In this document: positions 15,261 through 24,347 of the stretch, piece after piece
How positions within the stretch are numbered: the first letter of the stretch is position 1
How the letters are laid out: every line of letters begins with the position of its first letter
Origin: Candidatus Iainarchaeum sp.
GTDB taxonomy: Archaea; Iainarchaeota; Iainarchaeia; Iainarchaeales; DTGL01
Assembly: GCA_026396995.1 (NCBI GenBank)
Contig: JAPLVS010000079.1
Span: 1-53,817 of the forward strand
Length of the DNA: 53,817 nucleotides
Direction of reading: 5' to 3'
The notes under the pieces: model-generated
The model's database searches: none
Told to the model about the DNA's origin: nothing
What the model saw: the letters and a program-made list of their open reading frames with translations, nothing else
Program-made: the position numbers and the translations under genes

Positions 15261-16274
15261 TCACTGCGTGTCCTTGAAAATGCTGGCGAGAAGGAGTGCG
15301 AAAACTACGCCGAGCACGCGGAAGACAATGTTGCATATCGAGATTACCACTGTGAACAGCATGAAGGGATACAGAATGAAGAAATATTTGGAGAAAAGGC
15401 CGTAGCCTGGAACGCTGCTTTCGAGCAGGGAATGGGTGTCAAGTGCGCCCTGGCTTGCAGCAATATTGTTGTCTGCAATGATTTTGGCAGGGTTTTCCGA
15501 GGCGTCATAAACCGCGCCGATGGTTTTGATGAAATAATCCCTGAAATTGACCACTTTCGGGTCTTCGAGGTCGCCCAACGCCTGGTATTGCGGCGAGGAA
15601 TGAATGACCCATAAAAGGTTGTATTGGGATTTGAAATTCGCGCCAATAATTTTTTCCTGGAGGTCTCCGCCTGCAATTCCGGATGAAAGCGTGTTTTCGA
15701 TTTTGCCGATGTATTTTTGCTGGTCCGGCATTATTTCAAGCACTCCGACAATGAAAAACCCGATTGCAAGCACAAGCGTGAAAGTGCCTATGCCTGCGCT
15801 GAAGGAGCGCAGCCTTGTGAATTTTTTTATTTCAGTGAGCTTGATTGAAACAGTGAAGGCAAGCGCGCACAATGCCAAAACATGGAATGCAAGCATGAAT
15901 TTGTAGGCTGCGATAAGCGGAAAAGTCAGGAAGGCAAGCGCCATTGCAGGCACAGAGCCTGCAAGTATCACGAGCACAGCGTTTTTTGCAGGCATTTTGA
16001 ATGCGGCAAAGCAGGAGAACGCGAGAGACAGCGTGAAAAATGCAAGGAAGCAGTAAAAGTTTATGTTGATGATTTTTGCCTTGAGCGAGCCTATGCTTGG
16101 CTCCAGGAAATCCTGCCAGGACAAGCCTGAGGCGTTCAAAAAGAAAGCCCATGCGAGCGTGCAGAAGAAAAGGCCGAGCGCAGCTATAAGGATGTCTTTC
16201 CTAACCGCTGCCTTTAGAGATTCCAGCATCTTTTTTCCCCTTGACAATAACTGCAGGCAGTTTGCTCTGGCCAT
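15261..16274 (-). CDS. polytopic membrane protein (hypothetical)
   Basis: 337 aa. Its ATG directly abuts the map stop (16275). About 7 hydrophobic helices and one soluble loop. Confidence 0.6.
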   Translation of the reverse strand: MARANCLQLLSRGKKMLESLKAAVRKDILIAALGLFFCTLAWAFFLNASGLSWQDFLEPSIGSLKAKIININFYCFLAFFTLSLAFSCFAAFKMPAKNAVLVILAGSVPAMALAFLTFPLIAAYKFMLAFHVLALCALAFTVSIKLTEIKKFTRLRSFSAGIGTFTLVLAIGFFIVGVLEIMPDQQKYIGKIENTLSSGIAGGDLQEKIIGANFKSQYNLLWVIHSSPQYQALGDLEDPKVVNFRDYFIKTIGAVYDASENPAKIIADNNIAASQGALDTHSLLESSVPGYGLFSKYFFILYPFMLFTVVISICNIVFRVLGVVFALLLASIFKDTQ

Positions 16275-17213
16275 TTACCCGGTTTTTTTGCCTGTTCCAG
16301 TTTCTTTTTTCCCCGGTTTGATGATTGTAAGTATTTTGTTTTCGCTCTTTATAAAGCTATTCTCGGCTTGCGATACCATGGCGTCCTTCCTTTCCTTGAG
16401 GACAGGGAACGCCCTGATGCATTTTTCCCTGAGGAGGTGCTTCAGCCCGATTTTCAATTCGAATTCGCTTAATTTCATTTCCCTTGCAAGCCATCTTTCC
16501 GCGAAAGGCAGTGTCCTGTAGTTTTCAGCCGCGAACTCCAGGACTTTTCTTGCGTGCGCATTCCTTACCGCGCGCGGCTCTTCGATTTCAAAAATTCCTG
16601 AATCAGCGCCGTCCCTTACCATGCCTTCGCCGTTTGTGGCAAAAGGCTCGATTGCAAATGCCGTGTTTTCCTCGAGTTTATTTGAATCGTTCCTTTCGGT
16701 GTTTGGAATGCTTGGCGAAGCGTGCTGGACGTATTCTTCAAGGGTGTGCCCTGTAAGGTTCTGCACAGGCTTGAATCCCTTGCCCTCGATTGTTTTCTGG
16801 ATTTCTGCTCCGATTTCCCCAAGTGAAGGGTTTTTTTCAAGCAGCAGTGCAGCGTTTTTGAGGGCAAGGTCGCTTGCTTCAATCAGGGAAGCCCATTTCC
16901 CGTCATGGTTGATTGAAAAAGCGCAGTCCGCAATCCTGCCGTCGATGTGAACTCCGATGTCCACTTTGAGCAGGTCCCGGTCCCTTAACAAAATCTTGTC
17001 GTTCCAGCACGGAGTCTGGTGCGCTGCATTCTCGTTGAGGCTCAAATTCACAGGGAATGCCGGGAGCGCCTTTTTCTTGATGATGAATTCCTCGATTTTT
17101 TCCGCGGCCTCGAAAAGGCTGGAGTTCGGCTTGAGGAGCTTTCTTGCTTCCTGCTGCGCTTCCCAGGCTATTTCGCCTGCCTTCAAGTGCTTTTCTATTT
17201 CGGATTTTTCCAT
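16275..17213 (-). CDS. map: type 2 methionine aminopeptidase
   Basis: Pita-bread metal-ligand blocks 'LLKVDIGVHIDGRIADCAF', 'TGHTLEEY' and 'FAIEPFAT', plus the archaeal/eukaryotic-type helical insert. Confidence 0.9.
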   Translation of the reverse strand: MEKSEIEKHLKAGEIAWEAQQEARKLLKPNSSLFEAAEKIEEFIIKKKALPAFPVNLSLNENAAHQTPCWNDKILLRDRDLLKVDIGVHIDGRIADCAFSINHDGKWASLIEASDLALKNAALLLEKNPSLGEIGAEIQKTIEGKGFKPVQNLTGHTLEEYVQHASPSIPNTERNDSNKLEENTAFAIEPFATNGEGMVRDGADSGIFEIEEPRAVRNAHARKVLEFAAENYRTLPFAERWLAREMKLSEFELKIGLKHLLREKCIRAFPVLKERKDAMVSQAENSFIKSENKILTIIKPGKKETGTGKKTG

Positions 17214-17241
17214 ATAATCACTCCTTGAAATGTAAAATTTT

Positions 17242-19659
17242 TCACCCGAACGCCCCGAGGCTGGATTGTTTCCCGCCGTGGATGAGGTCTTCTTCGCTAT
17301 ATCCTAGTTCGCGAATTATTTTTATTACCGCTGGAATGACCTGGTTTTCAATGTAATAGTCGGCGTCGTAATTGCCTTCTGCCACGAATTCCTCGAGCTG
17401 GGCCCTGTCGCTGATGGATTTGCCTGCGCGCGTGATAATGTATCCTATCATTGAGCCCTCGTCCAGCGCCTTGCCTTGTGCGATGGCTTTTTTTGCTGCG
17501 GCAACATGCGGCCCGATCGATTCATACCTGCTGATGGCTTTTTTTATCTGGGAATAAATCACAAGCTCTGATTTTTTGGTTTTCCCTTCCTTCAGTTCCT
17601 TTATCGCCTTTTTCACGATTTCAATGGCTTTTTCAGGATTGCCTTCCTTGAGGATTGCCTCTATCACCGAGCGCTGGGTTTCCTTTGCGATTCCTGCCCA
17701 GTCCCTGCGCACATACTCAAAGCCGACAATCTTGAGGTTTCCGCTGTAATCAATCAGGGCGTATTTTTTCTTTGCCGCGCTTTCCCCGCTTTTTTTCGTG
17801 ACAAAAATCCCGCGCTTGTAGAATCCCTCTAGTTCGAGGTTCATTACCCCGGGCAGTTCGGAATTTATTTTTTTGAGGAATTCCTGAACATCCTCTTTTG
17901 TTTTGCCTTCGGGGATTTTGATGAAGGAAGAGTCTGTGTCGCCATAAATTGTCTTGAATCCGGCTTTGTCCGCTTCCTCGGCAACCCATTGCACGTATTC
18001 CCTGCTCCAGCCAGTCACAGCCATCGCGCTTTCCCTGGAATACCAGCGGAAGTGCGCGAATCCGAGCGTTCCGTAAAAGGAGTTCAGCAGGATTTTGAGC
18101 GCCTGCTGCCTTGCAAACAAGGCCGAGTATTCGTGCGATTCCTTTTTCTTGGATTTCATTTCTTTTTTCAATTCGAGCCTTTTGCTGAACAATTGCTCTA
18201 AGATTGAGGAAATGAAGCCTTTGCGTTTTGTGCAGAACCAGTACTTGTCTGGGCTCATATTTTTTTTGCACTCCGCATGCTCGCAGTTAACGGTGTCAGG
18301 CGAAATATTGTGGCTTATCATTATGGTCGGGTGCAGTGAAGTGAAGTCCAGCACCGCGAGATTTTCGTGCAGTCCTTTTTCCGGTTCCCTTACAAAACCG
18401 CCCTTGTAGGTCTGCATTATCCTCAGATGCGCTTCCTGGTCAGATGGCCTGTTCGGCACAAGGACATTCTGCCTGAAGGATTCCCTTATCAGGAGCGCTT
18501 CCACTAGCATTGAAGCGCCGCCCCTTGTCGCGTCAAAAAGCGTCTGGTGCACTAGTTTGCCCATTTCAATGTAAACAGGCAGGTATTCTTTCACCAGCCT
18601 GTGCGTTACCTCGGAATCCCTGCGATTGTATTCGGCAAGCCTTTCAATTTCTTTCCCTGTGCGCCACATTTCAACGATTTGTTCCGCAGTGATTTTTTCT
18701 TTTTCTTCCCCGAAAAGCGCTTTGTCCACAGATTCAAGGTCGAATTTGATTAGGTTGACTATGCCGAACCTTGAAAGCGTGCGCAGGACCTGGTATGCGT
18801 CCACGTGCTGGATTCCTTTCACCGCAAAGGCCTGGTCGAGGCCTTTTTTGATTGGCTTTGGTTCTGAACCATCTGCGCCGATGCCTGCCTTTATGCCGAG
18901 CCTTTTCGCCCTTTCGATAAGGTAAGGGAAATCGAAATTGTCGCCGTTGTAGGTGCAGATGATGTCGAGGTTTTTCGAGCGGATTTTTTCCACGAGTTTT
19001 TCGAGCAGTTCTTTTTCGTCCTTCACGAGCACGGCATACTTTTGCTTTATTTTTTTCTCTGAAAAAACCACCTGCTCTTCGTCGTCCACGTAACTGGCAA
19101 GCAGGACAGGGTCTTTTTTCGGGTCGGAAAAATTGCCCGCGGAATATGTTTCGAAATCGAATGCGCCGATGCGCAATGGCGGCGTGATATCGCTTTTCTT
19201 TTTTATCGATTTTAATTCCATTGTCTTTTCGTCGAATTCTATTTCGTATTCGCACAATGGCTCCAAATCCCTGTCAATCAGGTAGCGCTTTGCGAAGGGA
19301 ATATCGTATTCGCGCTTGTGGAGCACGAAAGGCAGCGCCCTTACCTGTTCCCTTGCCTCTTTCACGTCCTTTGTGGAATTGAAAATTATTTTGAGAACCT
19401 TTTCCGGCTGTCCCCCTGGGGTGGCTTTTTTATCGGTTATGTCTGCCCTTTTGGGCTTTATGCCGTTGAAGTCCATGGAAGCGATTTTTTCAGCGGCTTC
19501 TTCAGGGCTGCCTGAAACCATTGCATAAAAATAGGGCTCGAAGGAAGAGTCTTTCACCGCCAGCTTTCCCTTTTTTGTCGAGAAAAACAGGCGTATTACA
19601 GATTGCGCGCCTGCAAGGTAATCCGCGTCCAAAAGAATGCCTGTTGCCTTTTCAGCCAT
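17242..19659 (-). CDS. polB: family B DNA polymerase
   Basis: Exo I 'GAFDFETYS', motif A 'VLDFTSLHPTIM', motif B 'KILLNSFYG' and motif C 'IYGDTDSSF'. There is no intein. ATG at 19659 ('MAEKATGILLDADY') is preferred over the track start 19707. Confidence 0.95.
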   Translation of the reverse strand: MAEKATGILLDADYLAGAQSVIRLFFSTKKGKLAVKDSSFEPYFYAMVSGSPEEAAEKIASMDFNGIKPKRADITDKKATPGGQPEKVLKIIFNSTKDVKEAREQVRALPFVLHKREYDIPFAKRYLIDRDLEPLCEYEIEFDEKTMELKSIKKKSDITPPLRIGAFDFETYSAGNFSDPKKDPVLLASYVDDEEQVVFSEKKIKQKYAVLVKDEKELLEKLVEKIRSKNLDIICTYNGDNFDFPYLIERAKRLGIKAGIGADGSEPKPIKKGLDQAFAVKGIQHVDAYQVLRTLSRFGIVNLIKFDLESVDKALFGEEKEKITAEQIVEMWRTGKEIERLAEYNRRDSEVTHRLVKEYLPVYIEMGKLVHQTLFDATRGGASMLVEALLIRESFRQNVLVPNRPSDQEAHLRIMQTYKGGFVREPEKGLHENLAVLDFTSLHPTIMISHNISPDTVNCEHAECKKNMSPDKYWFCTKRKGFISSILEQLFSKRLELKKEMKSKKKESHEYSALFARQQALKILLNSFYGTLGFAHFRWYSRESAMAVTGWSREYVQWVAEEADKAGFKTIYGDTDSSFIKIPEGKTKEDVQEFLKKINSELPGVMNLELEGFYKRGIFVTKKSGESAAKKKYALIDYSGNLKIVGFEYVRRDWAGIAKETQRSVIEAILKEGNPEKAIEIVKKAIKELKEGKTKKSELVIYSQIKKAISRYESIGPHVAAAKKAIAQGKALDEGSMIGYIITRAGKSISDRAQLEEFVAEGNYDADYYIENQVIPAVIKIIRELGYSEEDLIHGGKQSSLGAFG

Positions 19660-19768
19660 TTCAACCCCTATTATTTGGGGGGCAAAATTATTAAACAAGA
19701 GACGCATAATAATAAGCGTAGTTACCGGGTAATTTGGGTTTTATTAATTTGGGTTTTATGGTGAATGG

Positions 19769-20269
19769 ATGCCTGAAATGAGGGAGCTTGGCGGGGACAG
19801 GATGAACCCGGTCCAGCGGGAAAGGCAGCACACTGTCAAGGCGTCGGTGCTGCTCATGCAGTTGCGCGAGGACGTCAAGGCAATGAACAGCGCTATTTCC
19901 ATCCTTTCGCAGAAAATGAGGCATCTGACCAGAAACGAAAAAATCCTCGGCCGCAATCTAATTGTCCTGAACAAGAAAATAAAGGAAATGGCAGAGCAGG
20001 GCGAAACAAGGGATGTGCCTGAAGCCGTCCTTAAAAAGTTCGAGGAAATCCAGAAGAAAGTGGACCAGATGGACAAGAAATTCGAGGAACTCAACATCGC
20101 GATCGCGAACACGAACAGGAAATTTGTGAGCGCCGAAGAGCTCAAGGAACTGCGCTATGTTGTCGATTCAATCAATCCCTTGAACCTTGCAACCCTGGAC
20201 CAGGTGAAGGAAATAGTCAAGAATGCGGTGGAAAAGCACCAAAAAGACCAGAAAATGGACCTGGGCTGA
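19769..20269 (+). CDS. coiled-coil protein (hypothetical)
   Basis: 166 aa, ATG start, heptad-rich K/E sequence. It is divergent from polB. The overlapping minus-strand ORF looks like the antisense shadow of a coiled coil. Confidence 0.55.
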   Translation: MPEMRELGGDRMNPVQRERQHTVKASVLLMQLREDVKAMNSAISILSQKMRHLTRNEKILGRNLIVLNKKIKEMAEQGETRDVPEAVLKKFEEIQKKVDQMDKKFEELNIAIANTNRKFVSAEELKELRYVVDSINPLNLATLDQVKEIVKNAVEKHQKDQKMDLG

Positions 20270-20335
20270 ACCTGTTTTTTGCAGCCAGATAAGCAAAAAC
20301 CAGCAGATGGACTTGGGCTGAAGATTTTTGATCGT

Positions 20336-21538
20336 CTAATCCGCCGGTTTGTCCGGATTTTTTTCTTTCAGGGTGCGGAACGACAGGCTGGCAAGAATTA
20401 TTTCCACAAATTGGGCGGTGCCGAGCGCCATGCCGATTGTAGCGATGTGCGGGAAAGGTTCAACAAAAAGCGAAAATACAAGAATTGCAGCCAATGAGTT
20501 ATATGGCTTTGCAGCCAATGCTGGTGTGCTTCCGGTTGATTCAAGCCAATAGAATGAGCCAACCAGCAGGGCAGAGCAAATCACAATTTCGAATATTCTT
20601 GTGTTCTGGCCCTTTACCAGCGTTTCAGTCGGCATTGCGCCTATAAAAAACATGACGAAAACCAACACTGATTTTATCAAGGCGTAAACGCTGATCACCA
20701 AAAACGGCAAAAACAGCAGGCTGTTTTCGGGATTGGATAGGATAGCCGTGCTAACGCTTGCCGAGAAAACGGTTGAAATTGCCACTCCAAACGCGATAGC
20801 AGTCCCTTTCACCAGCCAATTCGCATCAAAAAGCGATTTTTTTGAGAAAGCGTAGTAGATGCATATTATTAGCGCGATTGCTGTTAGAAGGAGAAGCAGG
20901 AAGAGCGGCAGGGGCCCTGCTCCCAAGGTGGTCTTTTGAGGAGAAAATAAGTCGGCCAGCTGGTTTTGATAATATGCCAGAAATATAAGCAATGCAAGGC
21001 TAATGTTAAACAGGGATAATTCGTCAAATTTGATGCCAAGGCGGCTGGAGAGCAGTCTAACTTCGTCAGTCAGTTCCCTGTCTCTTTCATAATCCCCCTT
21101 TGAGCAGTATAAGTAACTGCCCCCCCGTTTTTGCTTGGCGTGGCTTTTGTTATATTCCCAGAGAAATGTTGTAACCCGCGCAGAAACAAAGAAAGCCACC
21201 GCCACCATTGACAGGAGAAGGATCATTCCGAGGGTCAGCCCCAACAGATATATCCCGAAAAGTGTGCCCATTACCCATGACGGGATATACACCATTCCGA
21301 TTACCGCCAGAATCACGAGCACAAAAAAAAGGCGGGCGTAAACCTTGCCTGGCATGCGGGCCATGGTTCGGAGTATGGGCAATTGAGCCAGTGCAGGCGC
21401 TAGCTGAAATAGTTCTAAAATGAAAAGTAAAATTGCAAGGCTCCTTAAATCCTCCGGAACAAAGGCAATTGCGATTGCCGTCAGAACTAACACGGCAAGC
21501 CTGAGGGCAAAAGATTTACGTGAAATTTTGCGTGGCAC
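20336..21538 (-). CDS. large polytopic membrane protein (hypothetical), directly downstream of the HerA-like gene
   Basis: 400 aa, GTG start, about 10 hydrophobic helices. One cytoplasmic-looking loop reads 'KQKRGGSYLYCSKGDYERDRELTDE'. Confidence 0.6.
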   Translation of the reverse strand: MPRKISRKSFALRLAVLVLTAIAIAFVPEDLRSLAILLFILELFQLAPALAQLPILRTMARMPGKVYARLFFVLVILAVIGMVYIPSWVMGTLFGIYLLGLTLGMILLLSMVAVAFFVSARVTTFLWEYNKSHAKQKRGGSYLYCSKGDYERDRELTDEVRLLSSRLGIKFDELSLFNISLALLIFLAYYQNQLADLFSPQKTTLGAGPLPLFLLLLLTAIALIICIYYAFSKKSLFDANWLVKGTAIAFGVAISTVFSASVSTAILSNPENSLLFLPFLVISVYALIKSVLVFVMFFIGAMPTETLVKGQNTRIFEIVICSALLVGSFYWLESTGSTPALAAKPYNSLAAILVFSLFVEPFPHIATIGMALGTAQFVEIILASLSFRTLKEKNPDKPAD

Positions 21539-21654
21539 GTTTGGTATATATGCTTCCCTAATTATTAAGTTTTTCCTCGGCTTTCCTAATCAGAGTTTTG
21601 CCCGTGCCAGCGCCTTCGCTTCTTCTGGCTTTCGCTTTGCTGGAATCAGGGCAT

Positions 21655-23202
21655 TTACAGTTTTACCTGCGTCAGCGCCCTTGCTTCTTCGGGCTTTTTT
21701 TCGAGGCACTTGCTTAAGCCCGGCCTCAAGAGCACGCGGTAGTTTTTCCTGTTTTCCACTATCACGCCGACGTCGTTTTTTTCGATTATTGTGAGGGTGG
21801 CCTGCACTTTTTGCTTTATGTCTTTTGCCATGTTCGCCTTGTCCTTGAAGTCGAGCGCATATCCAACGCCGTATTCCCTCATCTGCGAGATGTCCGATGC
21901 AATCCTTTCGTTTGCCGCGTTTGCCTTGAAGAGCGGGACAACGTTTTCGCCGTCTGTCACAAAAAGCAGTGCCTTGAGCCTTTCGCTTTTGCCTGCCGAC
22001 CTGAAATTGTCGAGGACGCCTGAAACCACGGACTGCAATACAAGCAGATTTTTCCTCCAGTCGCTTTTTTCCATCACCAGTATGTTCGCCCTTCCTATGC
22101 CTTTCACCCAGCCCTCGGATATTTCCTTTATGGGATTCGAGCCTGTGAAGAGCTTCGGGTAAATTCCCTCAATCAGCATGAGTATCCTAGCAGCCTCCCT
22201 TTTCTTGAAAGGGGTCACGTGCTCGCCTTCAGGCAAAGCATTCACCCTGTCGATAAGCTGGAAGATGTCGGCGCTCCTGCCGAGCGCAAAGGCCTGTTCT
22301 ATTATTACGCCCTGGGTCTTGTCTAGCAGGCCGAATGCCGAAAGGAATGCTTTGGGGTCTACAAACGCAAGGTCTGCCGTCAATTCCTCGCCTGCCCTGA
22401 AAAACTTTATCGGGAAGCCTAACGGGTCCATGGTGGTGGTGTATTTTTTGAGTTCTTCTGTTTCGTCGTTGGGGAAATGAAGGCCGGCGAACACATTGTC
22501 CCAGTCCACAATTATTGTCGGGATATTCGAGAGCAGGGCGCTTTCGATGAGCACATGGAATGCATGCATGCGGTCTCCTTTGTTGCCGCCTGTCACTATG
22601 GTGCGGTCGAAGAAATCAAAAGGCTCTTTCACCATTGTGCCCTGCTTTGTGATTCCGAACATTATTTCCCCGTGCCCTAATTCTATCCTCAGTGTTTCCT
22701 CCTTTTTTCTCACCGCAGGCGAAATCAGCAATCCTATCAGCGGCAGGGTGAAAAAAGCGAGTTTTTCCTGGTCAGCGCAGTTTTTCAGTTCTATGAGGTC
22801 GAGGTCGTATGCTGTGCTCACTTCCTGCACGAGCGAGGAAAACGACTGTATTTTTGCCATCAGCGCGTCAGTTTCCTTTACAAACGAATCCTCGTCGTTT
22901 GCCGCATAAACAGAACCGGAATCCAAAAGCAAAAACTTGAATGTTTCCTTTGCGGTGTGCTTGGTAATCGAGAGCGCCCTGCGCGGCAGCGTTTCAATGA
23001 AGGTTTCGACGCCTCCCTTGCAATGGAAGACCTTATAGCATTCGAGCAGCGCGCCTTTGCGGAGGTTTCCCTCGGATTCGAAAACCATTGCCAGCACAAG
23101 GCTTTCAGGGTTGGCGTAAAGTTCTATTTCATGGCCCTGCATCGACCCGGTGAATAATGACGTCCAAGGCCCGTTGCTAAGCTTGAAGTCCAATTTGTGC
23201 AC
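21655..23202 (-). CDS. HerA/DUF87-like P-loop NTPase fold protein with apparently degenerate Walker A and B motifs
   Basis: The block order resembles HerA-type ATPases. 'RTIVTGGNKGDRMHAFHVLIESALLSNIPTIIVDWDNVF' sits where GxTGSGKS...hhhhD is expected. 'LKALLFVTDGENVVP' sits where hhhhEEAH is expected. 'MREYGVGYALDFKDKANMAKDI' sits where REGRKYGVGLxLxSQRPS is expected. This is pattern recognition only. Confidence 0.45.
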   Translation of the reverse strand: MHKLDFKLSNGPWTSLFTGSMQGHEIELYANPESLVLAMVFESEGNLRKGALLECYKVFHCKGGVETFIETLPRRALSITKHTAKETFKFLLLDSGSVYAANDEDSFVKETDALMAKIQSFSSLVQEVSTAYDLDLIELKNCADQEKLAFFTLPLIGLLISPAVRKKEETLRIELGHGEIMFGITKQGTMVKEPFDFFDRTIVTGGNKGDRMHAFHVLIESALLSNIPTIIVDWDNVFAGLHFPNDETEELKKYTTTMDPLGFPIKFFRAGEELTADLAFVDPKAFLSAFGLLDKTQGVIIEQAFALGRSADIFQLIDRVNALPEGEHVTPFKKREAARILMLIEGIYPKLFTGSNPIKEISEGWVKGIGRANILVMEKSDWRKNLLVLQSVVSGVLDNFRSAGKSERLKALLFVTDGENVVPLFKANAANERIASDISQMREYGVGYALDFKDKANMAKDIKQKVQATLTIIEKNDVGVIVENRKNYRVLLRPGLSKCLEKKPEEARALTQVKL

Positions 23203-23218
23203 CCGACCGTTTCCCTAT

Positions 23219-23306
23219 TATCAAAAGACCTTAATTCAGGGCTTTTTATGGTCTTTTGATAGCTATCAAAGGACAATCGTGTTTCATCCTTCCTGTCCTT
23301 TGATAT
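23219..23306 (+). promoter_or_regulatory. four-half-site palindromic element (two adjacent 11-12-bp-stem hairpins), copy 1
   Basis: TATCAAAAGACC-N19-GGTCTTTTGATA-GC-TATCAAAGGAC-N20-GTCCTTTGATA. It lies 17 nt upstream of the 21655-23202 start and 126 nt upstream of the 23432 ATG. Confidence 0.75.
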
Positions 23307-23431
23307 AAGTAAGACACTGCCGATTAATTTAAACCTTTCTTTCGCGGGGTTTCCTGTTTTGCCTTGCTGGAATAGCTTTTTAAATAACAATAGAGTAATG
23401 ATATAGTTTTCTAGGGAAACGTGAAAAGGGA

Positions 23432-24322
23432 ATGGTTGACGAAGAAGTTGTCATGGAGACAATCCGGAAAATGAAGGAATCAGGCCTGGAAGACTCCATT
23501 ATAATAAGCACTTTGCAGGACATCGGCCTGAACGAAACGCAGGCCCAGGATTTCATTGACAGGGCTTCCGGCCCGGCTCAGCCCAAAGCAGAACAGGCTG
23601 CCGCACCGGCGGCAAGAAAGCCTGCGGCAGCACAGCCGGCCCAAAGGCCGCAGGCAAGGCCACAACCGAGGCTGCAGCCTAAACCTGTGCCGCAGCCTGA
23701 AGAGACTTTCGAAGAACCGGCTGAAGCGCCTGCCGAAGAACCTGAAGAGATTGTTCCGGAAGAAGATTTGGGGGATTTCAGCGCCGACGAGGAAGCCGCA
23801 TTGAGCGCAGCATTCGAGGAAGAGGAGGAAAAACCCGCAAGGCCACAGGCAAGGGATGTTCCTGCAAGGGCTGTCGGGGGGGCGCTTTCCGAAGAAGACA
23901 GGACTGTCGAGGCAATCAGGAAAATCAGGGAAATTCCGCAAAGGCCTGCGCCTTATGGCACCCAAAGAACTGCAATGCAGGAAGGTGTTCCGCAATATCG
24001 GCAGCCTGTTAACCGCGCTTTGCCCTCGGAAGAAAATTTCGCAGACCAGTTCGAGGAAACCGCAATGAAGCAGGCTGCAACAGAAATCGCGCTTGAAGAG
24101 CAAGAGCAGACAATGAATGAAATGCAGCAGTCGATAAAGAAAATCGAAAGCAGGCCGATCGAATTGCCGCCAGGCGCAACCCAGGACACAAAGGCACTGA
24201 TGCTTGAACTGGAAAATTTAAGGCAGCAGCTCGAGGAAACAAGGGCAATGGCTTCAGCCACGCGCTCGCTCATGGAAAAAGTGCTGGAAGTCAACAGGAA
24301 AATACTGAGCAGGCTTCCGTGA
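23432..24322 (+). CDS. acidic Pro/Ala/Gln/Glu-rich low-complexity protein with small N-terminal helical domain and C-terminal coiled coil
   Basis: 296 aa, ATG preceded by a purine-rich tract. 'PAQPKAEQAAAPAARKPAAAQPAQRPQARPQPRLQPKPVPQPEE' is followed by acidic stretches. The C-terminus 'LMLELENLRQQLEETRAMASATRSLMEKVLE' is coiled-coil-like. Confidence 0.65.
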   Translation: MVDEEVVMETIRKMKESGLEDSIIISTLQDIGLNETQAQDFIDRASGPAQPKAEQAAAPAARKPAAAQPAQRPQARPQPRLQPKPVPQPEETFEEPAEAPAEEPEEIVPEEDLGDFSADEEAALSAAFEEEEEKPARPQARDVPARAVGGALSEEDRTVEAIRKIREIPQRPAPYGTQRTAMQEGVPQYRQPVNRALPSEENFADQFEETAMKQAATEIALEEQEQTMNEMQQSIKKIESRPIELPPGATQDTKALMLELENLRQQLEETRAMASATRSLMEKVLEVNRKILSRLP

Positions 24323-24347
24323 TTCTGCAGAATAACTTTTCTGTTTT

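Noticed and set aside
19756-20145. 129-aa minus-strand ORF overlapping the coiled-coil gene.
   Set aside because: The Ser/Phe/Leu-rich sequence is characteristic of the antisense strand of a Lys/Glu-rich coiled-coil ORF. The plus-strand ORF is longer and has an ATG start.
23480-24103. 207-aa minus-strand ORF opposite the Pro-rich protein gene.
   Set aside because: It is shorter than the plus-strand ORF. Its Cys/Arg/Phe-rich translation is typical of the antisense of a GAA/GCA/CCG-rich coding region. The plus-strand ORF has an ATG with a purine-rich leader and sits at the conserved distance from the palindromic element.
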